A stretch of 64,000 bases of DNA, taken from Eledone cirrhosa (taxonomy: Eukaryota). Below the pieces are notes generated by a model that saw only the letters and a list, made by a program, of their open reading frames with translations, was not told the origin of the DNA and did no database searches. The stretch lies in the NCBI GenBank assembly GCA_964016885.1, contig OZ024755.1, positions 39,494,001 through 39,558,000 on the forward strand, in the 5' to 3' direction. Below are positions 27,658-40,852 of the stretch, in pieces. Made by a program: the position numbers and the translations under genes. Every line of letters begins with the position of its first letter. Within the stretch, counting starts at the first letter, position 1.

Positions 27658-28500
27658 TTTTCTCTTTCTCTTAATTTCGAGTATATTTTTTTGACCGGCC
27701 ACCTTCCTGGTGGCAAGGTTGTAAAAGAAAAGAAATTGTCATCCCTTGAATCGCAAGAATGTTTTGCAAATTTTGAAGGTGCCAGCTATCGCAGCCATTT
27801 GTAGACTATGAATTAGGGAGCTGCGCTTTTTGTCTGCAAATCCAAGTTCAGTCATACTTTGGTTCAAGCGGGTTGGTATATAACCCGTAGCTCCAATAAT
27901 GATTGGTATGAAGCTAAAGGTGTATCTTGGATACTGGATTTGTAAACTCCTCATCAATGGTCCGTAGATGTCCTCCTTCTCCTGTATTTTTCTGACAACG
28001 TTTACATCAAGTGGACAGCTGATCTCCACAACAGAACACGTTTTCAATGTGTGGTCCCAAACAACAATATCAGGCCGGTTGTGCTTTAATTTGGTGGCAG
28101 TTTTTATTTTCAGGTTCCACCAGTATTCCTTAGTGCCATCTGTCTCAATATATTCTTCCTCGTTTGTTGTTAATTTTGTTTTCCGAAGTGCGTTCCAGAT
28201 GGTTCTAGCTATCCCATCGTGTCTCATGTGAAGGAAGTAGCGAGATGACATTCTTTCGCAGCTGGCAACAATGTGGCTTACATCCTCGATCTTTGTTTTA
28301 CATAGCCTACATTTATTGTCAGCTGCTGGTCCTCCTCTTTTGTGCAGCAGATATTTGGTAGGGAGTTCTTGTTCCTGTATTGCATAGAGATATCCCTCAA
28401 GGTGTGATGTCATAAACTTGTCGGAACTCCATGCCAGGCTTTTTGAGTGGTTTATCCCCTCTATGGTCTGTGTTTTACGCCTCAAGTATCCATGCACAAT
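27658..28500 (-). mobile_element. 5'-truncated R4/Dong-like non-LTR retrotransposon (CCHC + restriction-like endonuclease)
   Basis: Open ORF 27739-28497 with MHG, AIQEQ, CRLC-x8-H-x4-C, RHD, RPDIVVWD, VEISCP, KEDIY. Short 3' UTR. Flanked by (CA)n and (CATA)n. Confidence 0.85.
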
Positions 28501-28503
28501 GTC

Positions 28504-28609
<106 letters not shown>

Positions 28610-29138
28610 CGTGTGCGATGGTAGCTAAGATGTTTCCATAGGCGGTATGCCGGTTGAGCACCCTATGCTCTTACAGAGCAGTGATGCATCTGAACTCAAT
28701 TTATTGTGTTACAATTGTTTCGCCGGCGGACAGCTCGAGGCGCGATCATTGTGTGGATCTGTTTGGAACCGCAGGTTCGACGGACACGTCTAATGATTTC
28801 GGAGCATATTCTCTCACTGGGGTATCTGACCTTCTGAGCCAGTACCGTCAAAAACTTGAAGTTTCAAAACTTCAAGGCTTTCAAAATGTTTATTTATAAA
28901 CATACCGTATAACAGCAGATATAAACTTCACGTATTTCATATACAATTTTCTAGTTATTGACGCGCTGTAGATAGACGTATTGTCTTTGATGCGTCGAAA
29001 CGTCCAAGACCCACAGCAGACAACTGAAGAGGGGATCTGTCCTTTGTGTTTTCCATATATTTCTAAACACTTGTTTTTAGTAATCACACAGCACCTACGC
29101 CGTTCTAAATTATTATTATTTTTATTACTATTATATCC

Positions 29139-29495
29139 ATTTATCTATCTAGGGCGGGTAAAATTCCCGAGATCCATGGAAGAGTTCTCTCCAGCGGTCT
29201 CTGTCTCTCATTATCGCCGTCATGTCCTGCGTCTCCAACAGACCAGTGTCTGTCCTTAGGGCATCAACATACGTCAACCTTGGTCTTCCTCTTCCAGTAT
29301 GTCCATGCAGGGGCTCCCACAGTGTCAACTCTGGATGTCGGTGAGCATATCCAGCTAACCTCAGTCTCCTCTGTGTCACTTTTGAGGTGACTTTTGGGAG
29401 GCTCCCATACAGCTCTGAGTTTTTCATCCTCAGTGTATACTGATTAATGTTCAGAGCCATCCTCAGCATTCTCGTGTAGCACCCATCCACTATCT
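29139..29495 (-). mobile_element. RTE-clade LINE 3' end fragment
   Basis: VDGCYTRMLRMALN...ELYGSLP...RRLRLAGY...RGRPRLTYVD...RDRWR...FYPP* followed by a tagatagat-like tail. Confidence 0.82.
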
Positions 29496-29513
29496 GAATG
29501 AGTTTATTGGTAC

Positions 29514-29554
<41 letters not shown>

Positions 29555-29643
29555 CCGCCTTTGAAACAATTGTAAACCAATAAATATTTTTTCAAGAATT
29601 TGGTTGTGTATTCTCTGACAATGATTCTGTATATGTATATATA

Positions 29644-30052
29644 TATGGGGTTTAATATAGAAATGGATTCTGGAGGACTAGAACTGTTTCATTAAAAAAA
29701 ATATATATATTTCTTTTGAATGAAACAGTCCATTTCTATATTAAACATGATGTTTACACTAATGTATCGAGTACCTTACTAACTGTAGTTACCACCTATT
29801 GAACCTGGGGCTTTGTCTATAGTTACTTAGGGTGATTTCTTTCTTCCTTTGTATCACTATTTTTCTCTAAATATAGTTTTTAAAGAATCCCCTTTCGTTA
29901 AATCCATCAACCAATGATCTCCACCCATCTCAATCACCACCCTCGCCTACCACCAGAAAATGTATAAATACCACCATATTACATTGACAGTCGGCTTTCC
30001 TGATGATTTATCCTGAATGAAACAGTTCTATTCCTGTAGAAGCCATTTCTAT

Positions 30053-30058
<6 letters not shown>
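29644..30058 (+). mobile_element. PLE pLTR remnants with inverted arm and a hammerhead-like motif at 29993-30044
   Basis: Inverted arms ~29649-29693 and 29718-29746. Motif ggctttc CTGATGA tttatcctgaat GAAA cag-ttctattc-ctg TA gaagcc with a weak stem II. Confidence 0.55.
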
Positions 30059-30087
<29 letters not shown>

Positions 30088-30091
<4 letters not shown>

Positions 30092-30410
30092 TAAAATATA
30101 AGTATTAATAAAATAGATGTTCTTTTGATCAATTACATTTTATTATACATATTTCGAATGTACAACAGTACGTCCTCATCAGACAAAATATAATGATCTC
30201 AATCCTAAGGTATATACATAGAGTTTTGTCATATCTTATTCACTACCATGACTGAATCTTAACCATCTACTAAGTCAGGGTATGTCATGCATCATCTTAT
30301 TTTATCTGATGAGGACGTACTGTTGAAGATAGCTCAGTACCTGTGAAATATGTATAATAAAATATACTTGATCACACGAAGGTCTATATTTGTTAATATT
30401 TTGAATTAAT
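30088..30410. mobile_element. Diverged fold-back PLE remnant with two opposed hammerhead motifs
   Basis: Minus ~30137-30190: tattttgt CTGATGA ggacgtac...GAAA tatgta TA ataaaat. Plus ~30298-30365: ttttat CTGATGA ggacgtactg...cagtacctgt GAAA tatgta TA ataaaat. Confidence 0.7.
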
Positions 30411-30989
30411 ATATATATATATATATAATAAGGGTTGACGGACCCAGCATATTTATCAATGCCAGTACCGGTTATATCTCAGCGCACTCCATGGGCAATG
30501 TAAGATACATTACCAGAGTATACACAAAGTTATTTGCTTCAACACAACACATGTAAAACGGGTGCCTGTAAGGTTCCCGGACTCGAGTTTCTGCCGCACT
30601 AATGCAGCAGTAATGTGCACTGCACCATCTGTCTGCTTATATTATGCAATAATGCACAATCGGCTTATGCGGCTTTATCAGCGGATATCGCCTAATCAAT
30701 AATCAATCGATCGACAGAATCCTAAGACCAGCCTATGCCGGCCATAACTGTTTGTGACGACTGACAGGGTAAAGCTATTAGCAACTGGCACCCGATAGGA
30801 CTCTATCTCTCAACTAGACACTGATTTATATATACATACATATATATATATATATATTTATAATATATATTTATGTACACACATATATATACATATATTT
30901 ACATATATATATATACACACATATATATATATATAAATATACAGGCATACATATATATATACATATATATACATATATAACCGCGCAAT

Positions 30990-31318
30990 CGGGTATCCAA
31001 CCCGACTATTTCTATGTCCCCATTGGGAGTGAAGGACCCCTAGTTTTTGTCAGGGCATTCTTCTAGGAGAAGGCAACTCAGGAAACTGGGATAACTCCGA
31101 TATAAAATCTGCGGCTCAGTAGTTCCCGACGATGTTGATCTCTTCTTCTTTTCGGGTTATAGCTACTGTCGCTCAGAGAGTGGGATTGGCTCAGTGCACA
31201 GTCTTTCCTCTCTTTTAAAAAATCTTCACGCACAGGCATTGCACGATAGAATTAATTAATAATTATTGATAATGGTATATCGTGCAATGGCCATACTCGA
31301 TAACGAGGGAGCAGCCAT
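30990..31318 (+). mobile_element. RTE-like 5' UTR-derived element fragment
   Basis: ctaggagaaggcaactc..., gatgttgatctcttcttcttt, gagagtgggattggctcagtgcac and cacaggcattgc are shared with the bipartite element. The 3' end ggccatactcgataacgagggagcagccatcat matches its 3' terminus. Confidence 0.65.
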
Positions 31319-31323
31319 CATAT

Positions 31324-31370
<47 letters not shown>

Positions 31371-31371
<1 letters not shown>

Positions 31372-31561
31372 CGAAGGAAATGTGGTAAGGAACCAGGTGG
31401 ACCATAACGCACCAAAGTACTCAATACTTGGGGTAGTAGAGTGGGTAATAGGAACCAGTAAGACCCCGACGGCTGAGCTCAAGCCGTTTCGACGACTAAT
31501 TCTGGAATCCAGAATTAGCCGTCGAAACGGCTTGAGCTCAGCCGTCGGGGTCTTACTGGTT

Positions 31562-31564
<3 letters not shown>
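31371..31564 (-). mobile_element. Fold-back PLE remnant, family C
   Basis: Near-perfect palindrome 31449-31565 centred at 31507, plus tail. Confidence 0.85.
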
Positions 31565-31632
<68 letters not shown>

Positions 31633-31719
31633 TCACTCACACACACACACACACATATACATATATATACACATATATATATATGTGTGTATATATATGT
31701 ATATACATATATATATATA

Positions 31720-33884
31720 TAGAAAGGATGAATATAAAATGAAAGTGCTTTTGTTAAAAAAGGAATTTATTAGGTATTGACATATGTTTCTGTAACAGAC
31801 CGAATACCTATGTATCGCTGCTTGCGTAATCATATAATGTTAGCAAGTATTCGATAGCAAATGTATAATCAGTTGTCACTTCTTCAGAGATTTTGGATAA
31901 ACTGGATAAAATCAGAAAAATTGAAGTATTTATATTAGTAAAAGAGGAAGGAACAGAGGGGATAGAATATGACAGATGGTAAAATAATTTACTGCTAAAC
32001 AAGTATATAATGGGTTTTTAATGAGAATACCATGAGTAAATCTAAATAAGAATTTTGGGGTGCCGATTTTATGTAAATATGTAAATACGAGTTCTAACCA
32101 TCCACTCTCTATAATTAAATCCATCCCTAGAAATGTTTCTCTTAGAATCTCCCGCCTATCGTCCAACCAACAAACCTTCAAAGAACATGCCGAGTATTAT
32201 GATGATGCACTTAGGAAAGCCGGTCACCTAGATAATATAGAGTATATAGTCAATGATCACCAAAACACCCAAAATAAATCACATAGGAGTAGAAATAGCA
32301 CAGAATCACCACCATACATACACTACCGCAATAGACACAATAATAGTCGCACACCACCAAACAGAAGGCGATGTAAGGAGTATATCTGGTACAACCCGGT
32401 CTATAACAAATCTATTAAAACCAATCTACCCTCAAAATTCTTTCGATTAGTTAGAAAACACTTTCCAACATCACATAAATATAATAAAATCTTAAACCCT
32501 AACACCATCCGACTTTCATATTCAACCGCCCCTAATATTGAACAACATATAAAAATGCTTAACGCAAAACGGTTGTATAAACGCCTTCCAACACATAACA
32601 ATACACGTAAAACATTAGCTATAACATCACAAAACAACAAACAACATCCTGTTCTACATAAGCAACCTCATCAACCCATCCATGGCAATACAACAACGCA
32701 AAATTGTAATTGCAACTGTGTCCAACCAGGAATGTGTCCGTTGAACAACCAGTGTCTTGAACGCAACATCGTATACAAATGTACTATCGAATCGGATAGA
32801 CAGAAGTGGTACTATGTGGGATCTACAGCCACCTCCTTTAAATCACGCCTTTATAGACATCGTTATTCGATAAAACATGAAAACCAGCGTTATGTAACAA
32901 CACTCGCAGACAAGGCTTGGCAGCTGCGTGAAAATAACCAACAATTTCACCTAAAATGGGATATAATAGCGACTGCCCCCCCATATTCCAATGGACAGGA
33001 ATTTTGTAGATTATGTAATGTAGAATTATTTTGTATTATGAAATCCAAAAACATTTTATTAAATAACAGAATAGAGCGATCGTTATACTGTAACCATCGC
33101 TTAAAATCTACATTTTCATATTATAAATACTACCAGGATTGAACGCCTGTCTCTATCCCCGTTTGATTGTCAAAATAGATATGAACATTCTTTATTAGTC
33201 TTAATTCTATCAACTCTTCTATTATTTACCTTTTAATACAAACTGCTATAGATAAAATGAGATTTCTGATTTTTTGATTCAATTCCCTAGAGCAAATACC
33301 AGCTGACCACTAGCATTGATGTTATTTAGTAGCAATCGAAATCTCCCCCTTCCCCAATTGACACTTTATGATTAATACTACTGCACCAAATGACCAGCCC
33401 TGTCCACTGTCCAGTTGGTCAAGTAGAGATTAAAATCGGCACCCCCAAAATTCTTATTTAGATTTACTCATGGTATTCTCATTAAAAACCCATTATATAC
33501 TTGTTTAGCAGTAAATTATTTTACCATCTGTCATATTCTATCCCCTCTGTTCCTTCCTCTTTTACTAATATAAATACTTCAATTTTTCTGATTTTATCCA
33601 GTTTATCCAAAATCTCTGAAGAAGTGACAACTGATTATACATTTGCTATCGAATACTTGCTAACATTATATGATTACGCAAGCAGCGATACATAGGTATT
33701 CGGTCTGTTACAGAAACATATGTCAATACCTAATAAATTCCTTTTTTAACAAAAGCACTTTCATTTTATATTCATCCTTTCTACATTTCTCCGGAATATA
33801 ATTTATACTCGTTGAGCAAACCTGCACGTACGCTGTTCATCTCTAACGTAACGATATATTATCACTACATTATTGATAACCTGA

Positions 33885-33890
<6 letters not shown>
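31720..33890 (+). mobile_element. Young 5'-truncated Naiad-type PLE with inverted 5' pseudo-LTR
   Basis: 31720-32071 is the reverse complement of 33431-33783, differing by a single C-run indel. Tail runs to 33890. (TA)n on both sides. Confidence 0.92.
32072..33142 (+). pseudogene. PLE RT-thumb + GIY-YIG endonuclease, uninterrupted but 5'-truncated
   Basis: YVNTSSNHP...RISRLSS, WYNP, KHFP, LSYS, CNC-x5-CPL-x3-C, IVYKC...YYVGST...FKSRLYRH, CRLC. Confidence 0.9.
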
Positions 33891-33943
<53 letters not shown>

Positions 33944-33973
33944 CATATATATACACACACACACAATCACTCA

Positions 33974-34043
<70 letters not shown>

Positions 34044-34044
34044 T

Positions 34045-34094
<50 letters not shown>

Positions 34095-34751
34095 GCACAT
34101 ATAGTGGGAGGAAGATTGAAATAGCAATAGTAAACATTAGATAGAACCTTATATTTAAATAAGTCAAGTTAAATCCAGCCTATGAATGTATTCAACCGAT
34201 TTAAACTTGCTTTAGAAAGCAGCACATGTTGTAGCAGGGGGAGGAGTGGATGAAGTGACTGTTATCGATCAGGTGTTTAGAGTGCTACATATCGTATTGA
34301 TTAAAGAAGCAAACAACATCAAGTTGAATTCTGATTAATAGCTGGAAACTGGAATCTATACATTTATCTAGCATTGTTGGTAATAGAGTTAAGTATTCGT
34401 AGCAGAGCTTGTGTTGTCGTAAACTGTTAGTCTTGTAAATGTATAGGTTATCGATGTGAATAAAACTGAAGTTATTTTATAAATAACGTGTGTTTCGTTG
34501 TTATATGTGAACCCTTTAAAATGAAGTACTTCGATGGTTTGAAGAAATAAATAGGGTTGTTTCTCAGTTTTATCTTTTCACAAATCTACTGGAATTAATC
34601 CAATTGTTTCATCTTCGCCATCACCAAGTTTTATAGGTTTATACTTCAGGCAATAAAAGATTGTGTACATTTTATCTTAACGTAACACTGGACATGTTTC
34701 CAGTGTTTACAAAATACGATTTCTTTTCTTTTTCGTTTTCTTTTATTATGG

Positions 34752-35056
34752 TACTGGCTCCAGTCATTAGACTGCGCCCATGCTGGAGCACTGTTCTGTT
34801 ACTGGTCTCAGTAATTATACTGTGGCCATGCTGGGGCACTGTCCTGTTACTGGCTTCACTTATCAGACTGTGACCATACTGGGGAACTGTTCTTTTACTG
34901 GCTTCAGTCATTATACTGCGGCCATACTGGGGCACTATTCTTTTACTGTCTTCAGTCATTAGAGTGTGGCCATGCTGGGTAACTATTCTTTTACTGGTAT
35001 CTGTCATTAGACTGCGCCCATGCTGGGGCACCGTCGTGAAGAGATTTAATCGAATA
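34752..35056. repeat. 48-bp tandem repeat (6 units) made of a SINE terminus
   Basis: Unit actggcttcagtcattagactgcgcccatgctggggcactgttctttt. The last unit continues into SINE-like ccgtcgtgaagagatttaatcgaa. Confidence 0.75.
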
Positions 35057-35224
35057 TATCAACACCGATGGGAATCTCCATTTGAAAGATGTAAACAAAT
35101 AACTTTGAATACGTCTCCGCATTTGTCTCATTTTCATAATTTATTTCCAACGTTAAAGGTTTGAGAAGAAGACTGGACTGAGCAGAAGCCAGGCAGTGTA
35201 CATCACTTGGAGGGGGAGAGAAAG

Positions 35225-36270
35225 ATCTGGTGTAGAGGGGATATGGTGTGTAGGGTATAGGGGGTATAGGAGATATGGTGTATAGGAGATCTGGTGTATT
35301 GGAGATATGGTGTGTAGGGTATAGGGGGTATAGGGGATATGGTGGATAGGAGATATGGTGTATTGGAGATATGGTGTGTAGGGTATAGGGGGTATAGGGG
35401 ATATGGTGGATAGGAGATATGGTGTATAGGGTATAGGGTATAGGGTATAGGGTATAGGGGGTATAGGAGATATGGTGTATAGGAGATATGGTGTGTAGGG
35501 TATAGGGGTATAGGAGATATGGTGTATAGGAGATATGGTGTGTAGGAGATATGGTGTGTAGGGTATAGGGGTATAGGAGATATGGTGTATAGGGTATAGG
35601 GTATAGGAGATTTGGTGTATAGGAGATATGGTGTATAGGAGATATGGTGTGTAGGAGATATGGTGTGTAGGAGATATGGTGTGTAGGGTATAGGGGGTAT
35701 AGGAGATATGGTGTGTAGGGTATAGGGGGTATAGGAGATATGGTGTGTAGGGTATAGGGGTATAGGAGATATGGTGTATAGGGTATAGGGGGTATAGGGT
35801 ATAGGGGGTATAGGAGATATGGTGTATAGGAGATATGGTGTATATGGTATAGGGGTATAGGGGATATGGTATATAGGGTATAGGGGGTATAGGGGATATG
35901 GGGTATAGGAGATATGGTGTATAGGCATCTGGTGTATAGGAGATATGGTATATGGGGGAAATTGTGTATAGGGGATATTGTGTATAGGGGATATTGTATA
36001 TATGAGATATGGTGTTTAGGGTATAGGGGGTATAAGAGATATGGTGTATAGGAGATCAGGCCTATAGGGATCTGGTATATAGGGATCTGGTGTATAGGGG
36101 ATATGGTGTGTAGGGGATATGGTGTATAGAGGATATGGTGTATAGGAGGATATGTTGTATAGAATGATATGGTGTATAGGGGATATGGTGTATAGGATGA
36201 ACTGGTGTATAGGAAGATCTGGTGTATAAGAATATCAATACACTGTCATTGGTTGAAGAAGATCTGGTCA
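35225..36270. repeat. G-rich minisatellite of ggtgtataggagatat (16-mer) mixed with (ggg)tata units
   Basis: Direct reading. The plus strand is almost devoid of C. Confidence 0.9.
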
Positions 36271-36396
36271 AGCAAATAAATTGTAACGTAGTGTGCAGGG
36301 ATGTGATGTGTGTCCAAACAAAAGGGAGATAATCTGGGGATTCCCAGCTGTCGCTTTAGCTACAAAACAGCAACGATAGAATTATTTCGGTTTCTT

Positions 36397-39300
36397 CCAA
36401 TATAAAATATTGGTACAACCAATATAAAATATTGGTACAACCAATATAAATTACTGGTACAACCAATATAAAATATTGGTACAACCAATATAAAATATTG
36501 ATACAACCAATATAAAATATTGGTACAACCAATATAAATTACTGGTACAACCAATATAAAATACTGGTACAACCAATATAAAATACTGGTACAACCAATA
36601 TAAAATATTGGTACAACCAATATAAAATATTGGTACAACCAATATAAAATATTGGTACAACCAATATAAAATACTGGTACAACCAATATAAAATATTGGT
36701 ACAACCAATATAAAATATTGGTACAACCAATATAAAATACTGGTACAACCAATATAAAATACTGGTACAACCAATATAAAATATTGGTACAACCAATATA
36801 AAATACTGGTACAACCAATATAAAATATTGGTACAACCAATATAAATTACTGGTACAACCAATATAAAATACTGGTACAACCAATATAAAATATTGGTAC
36901 AACCAATATAAAATATTGATACAACCAATATAAAATATTGGTACAACCAATATAAATTACTGGTACAACCAATATAAAATACTGGTACAACCAATATAAA
37001 ATACTGGTACAACCAATATAAAATATTGATACAACCAATATAAAATATTGGTACAACCAATATAAATTACTGGTACAACCAATATAAAATACTGGTACAA
37101 CCAATATAACATACTGGTACAACCAATATAAAATATTGGTACAACCAATATAAAATATTGGTACAACCAATATAAAATATTGGTACAACCAATATAAAAT
37201 ACTGGTACAACCAATATAAAATATTGGTACAACCAATATAAAATATTGGTACAACCAATATAAAATACTGGTACAACCAATATAAAATACTGGTACAACC
37301 AATATAAAATATTGGTACAACCAATATAAAATACTGGTACAACCAATATAAAATATTGGTACAACCAATATAAATTACTGGTACAACCAATATAAAATAC
37401 TGGTACAACCAATATAAAATATTGGTACAACCAATATAAAATATTGATACAACCAATATAAAATATTGGTACAACCAATATAAATTACTGGTACAACCAA
37501 TATAAATTACAGGTACAACCAATATAAAATACTGGTTTAACCAATATAAAATATTGGTACAACCAATATAAATTACAGGTACAACCAATATAAAATATTG
37601 GTACAACCAATATAAAATACTGGTACAACCAATATAAAATACTGGTACAACCAATATAAAATATTGATACAACCAATATAAAATATTGGTACAACCAATA
37701 TAAAATACTGGTACAGCCAATATAAATTACTGGTACAACCAATATAAAATACTGGTTTAACCAATATAAAATATTGGTACAACCAATATAAATTACAGGT
37801 ACAACCAATATAAAATATTGGTACAACCAATATAAAATACTGGTACAACCAATATAAAATACTGGTACAACCAATATAAAATATTGGTACAACCAATATA
37901 AAATACTGGTACAACCAATATAAATTACTGGTACAACCAATATAAAATATTGGTACAACCAATATAAATTACTGGTACAACCAATATAAAATATTGGTAC
38001 AACCAATATAAAATATTGATACAACCAATATAAAATATTGGTACAACCAATATAAATTACTGGTACAACCAATATAAAATACTGGTACAACCAATATAAA
38101 ATACTGGTACAACCAATATAAAATATTGGTACAACCAATATAAAATATTGGTACAACCAATATAAAATATTGGTACAACCAATATAAAATACTGGTACAA
38201 CCAATATAAAATATTGGTACAACCAATATAAAATATTGGTACAACCAATATAAAATACTGGTACAACCAATATAAAATACTGGTACAACCAATATAAAAT
38301 ATTGGTACAACCAATATAAAATACTGGTACAACCAATATAAAATATTGGTACAACCAATATAAATTACTGGTACAACCAATATAAAATACTGGTACAACC
38401 AATATAAAATATTGGTACAACCAATATAAAATATTGATACAACCAATATAAAATATTGGTACAACCAATATAAATTACTGGTACAACCAATATAAAATAC
38501 TGGTACAACCAATATAAAATACTGGTACAACCAATATAAAATATTGATACAACCAATATAAAATATTGGTACAACCAATATAAATTACTGGTACAACCAA
38601 TATAAAATACTGGTACAACCAATATAACATACTGGTACAACCAATATAAAATATTGGTACAACCAATATAAAATATTGGTACAACCAATATAAAATATTG
38701 GTACAACCAATATAAAATACTGGTACAACCAATATAAAATATTGGTACAACCAATATAAAATATTGGTACAACCAATATAAAATACTGGTACAACCAATA
38801 TAAAATACTGGTACAACCAATATAAAATATTGGTACAACCAATATAAAATACTGGTACAACCAATATAAAATATTGGTACAACCAATATAAATTACTGGT
38901 ACAACCAATATAAAATACTGGTACAACCAATATAAAATATTGGTACAACCAATATAAAATATTGATACAACCAATATAAAATATTGGTACAACCAATATA
39001 AATTACTGGTACAACCAATATAAATTACAGGTACAACCAATATAAAATACTGGTTTAACCAATATAAAATATTGGTACAACCAATATAAATTACAGGTAC
39101 AACCAATATAAAATATTGGTACAACCAATATAAAATACTGGTACAACCAATATAAAATACTGGTACAACCAATATAAAATATTGATACAACCAATATAAA
39201 ATATTGGTACAACCAATATAAAATACTGGTACAGCCAATATAAATTACTGGTACAACCAATATAAAATACTGGTTTAACCAATATAAAATATTGGTACAA

Positions 39301-40029
39301 CCAATATAAATTACAGGTACAACCAATATAAAATATTGGTACAACCAATATAAAATACTGGTACAACCAATATAAAATACTGGTACAACCAATATAAAAT
39401 ATTGGTACAACCAATATAAAATACTGGTACAACCAATATAAATTACTGGTACAACCAATATAAAATATTGGTACAACCAATATAAATTACTGGTACAACC
39501 AATATAAATTACTGGTACAACCAATATAAAATATTGGTACAACCAATATAAATTACTGGTACAAACAATATAAATTACTGGTACAACCAATATAAAATAC
39601 TGGTACAACCAATATAAATTACTGGTACAAACAATATAAAATACTGGTACAACCAATATAAATTACTGGTACAAACAATATAAATTACTGGTACAACCAA
39701 TATAAAATACTGGTACGACCAATATAAATTACTGGTACAACCAATATAAAATACTGGTACAACCAATATAAAATACTGGTACAACCAATATAAATTACTG
39801 GTACAACCAATATAAAATATTGGTACAACCAATATAAATTACTGGTACAACCATTATAAAATACTGGTACAACCAATATAACAATATAAAATACTGGTAC
39901 AACCAATATAACAATATAAAATACTGGTACAACCAATATAACAATATAAAATACTGGTACAACCATTATAAATTACTGGTACAACCAATATAAAATATTG
40001 GTACAACCAATATAAAATACTGGTACAAC
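36397..40029. repeat. 22-bp satellite (~165 units) with a 1518-bp higher-order duplication
   Basis: Unit ccaatataaaatattggtacaa. Identical variant patterns are offset by 1518 bp (69 units). Confidence 0.97.
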
Positions 40030-40057
40030 TAAACATTTATTTGAAATAAGATATATT

Positions 40058-40268
40058 GCGTGTGGCTGAGTTGGTAGAGAATTGGATTCGTAATCGTGAG
40101 GTTGTGAGTTCGATTCCCGGACCGGGTGATGCGTTATGTCTCTGGGCAAGGCACTTTATTTCACGTTGCTCCTTCTACCTGGAGTTGCGACCGATAGATA
40201 TTATTAGCAATTGGAAAGACCAATGGAAACATTATTTCCTCGGTCCGATTTGATGAAAGTCGATCGAC
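40058..40268 (+). mobile_element. tRNA-derived SINE
   Basis: A box TGGCTGAGTTGG, B box GTTCGATTCC. Homolog of 11795-12006. Confidence 0.85.
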
Positions 40269-40553
40269 TGTCATCGCTATTGCAAAGATTTCGAAACTTT
40301 CTTCAAGCCTGTTAACAATATATAGATACGCACATATAATTTATATAACATTTATATCTCTTCTGTTTTTTGTCTTTTTGTTTGGCCAATATGAACCTAG
40401 CAACATGTCACCTTTATACATACCCAATATCATTTGTTTAGTATGGATATCACCGGTCCGGTCTCTACTGTCCACTGGCTATTGCTATTGGTAATCTACT
40501 AAACTACTTGTATTTATATGAACTACATAAGGGTAACGTCTTCTTCTTTTTGT

Positions 40554-40661
<108 letters not shown>

Positions 40662-40779
40662 CACGCACACACACACTCTCGCTCTCCCTCTCTCTCTCTC
40701 TATATATATATATCTATATAAACACACGGCGTTCCCTCTTCTCTCTATCTATGTACATGTCTCTCGTTTGGCACTTCCC

Positions 40780-40852
40780 CTCTCTATATAAAAGGAGTGT
40801 GACGGTTGGAGGGACGGATGGACGGACACAGCGTTCTTATTATAGTATAGAT
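40780..40852 (-). mobile_element. Possible non-autonomous Helitron 5' end
   Basis: Minus strand a|TCTATACTATAATAA followed by a (GTCC)-type microsatellite. A similar end occurs at 15590-15644. No 3' CTRR hairpin was identified. Confidence 0.35.

Noticed and set aside
28960-29040. Hammerhead around GAAACGTC (28997)
   Set aside because: The upstream core reads CTGTAGA with poor stem I, and the downstream CTGAAGA has no matching partner stem.
34228-34520. Solo LTR (starts TGTTGTA, contains AATAAA)
   Set aside because: No CA terminus with a matching target-site duplication and no second copy.
40058-40130. tRNA gene
   Set aside because: A and B boxes are present but there is no acceptor stem, and the sequence continues into a repeated SINE body.
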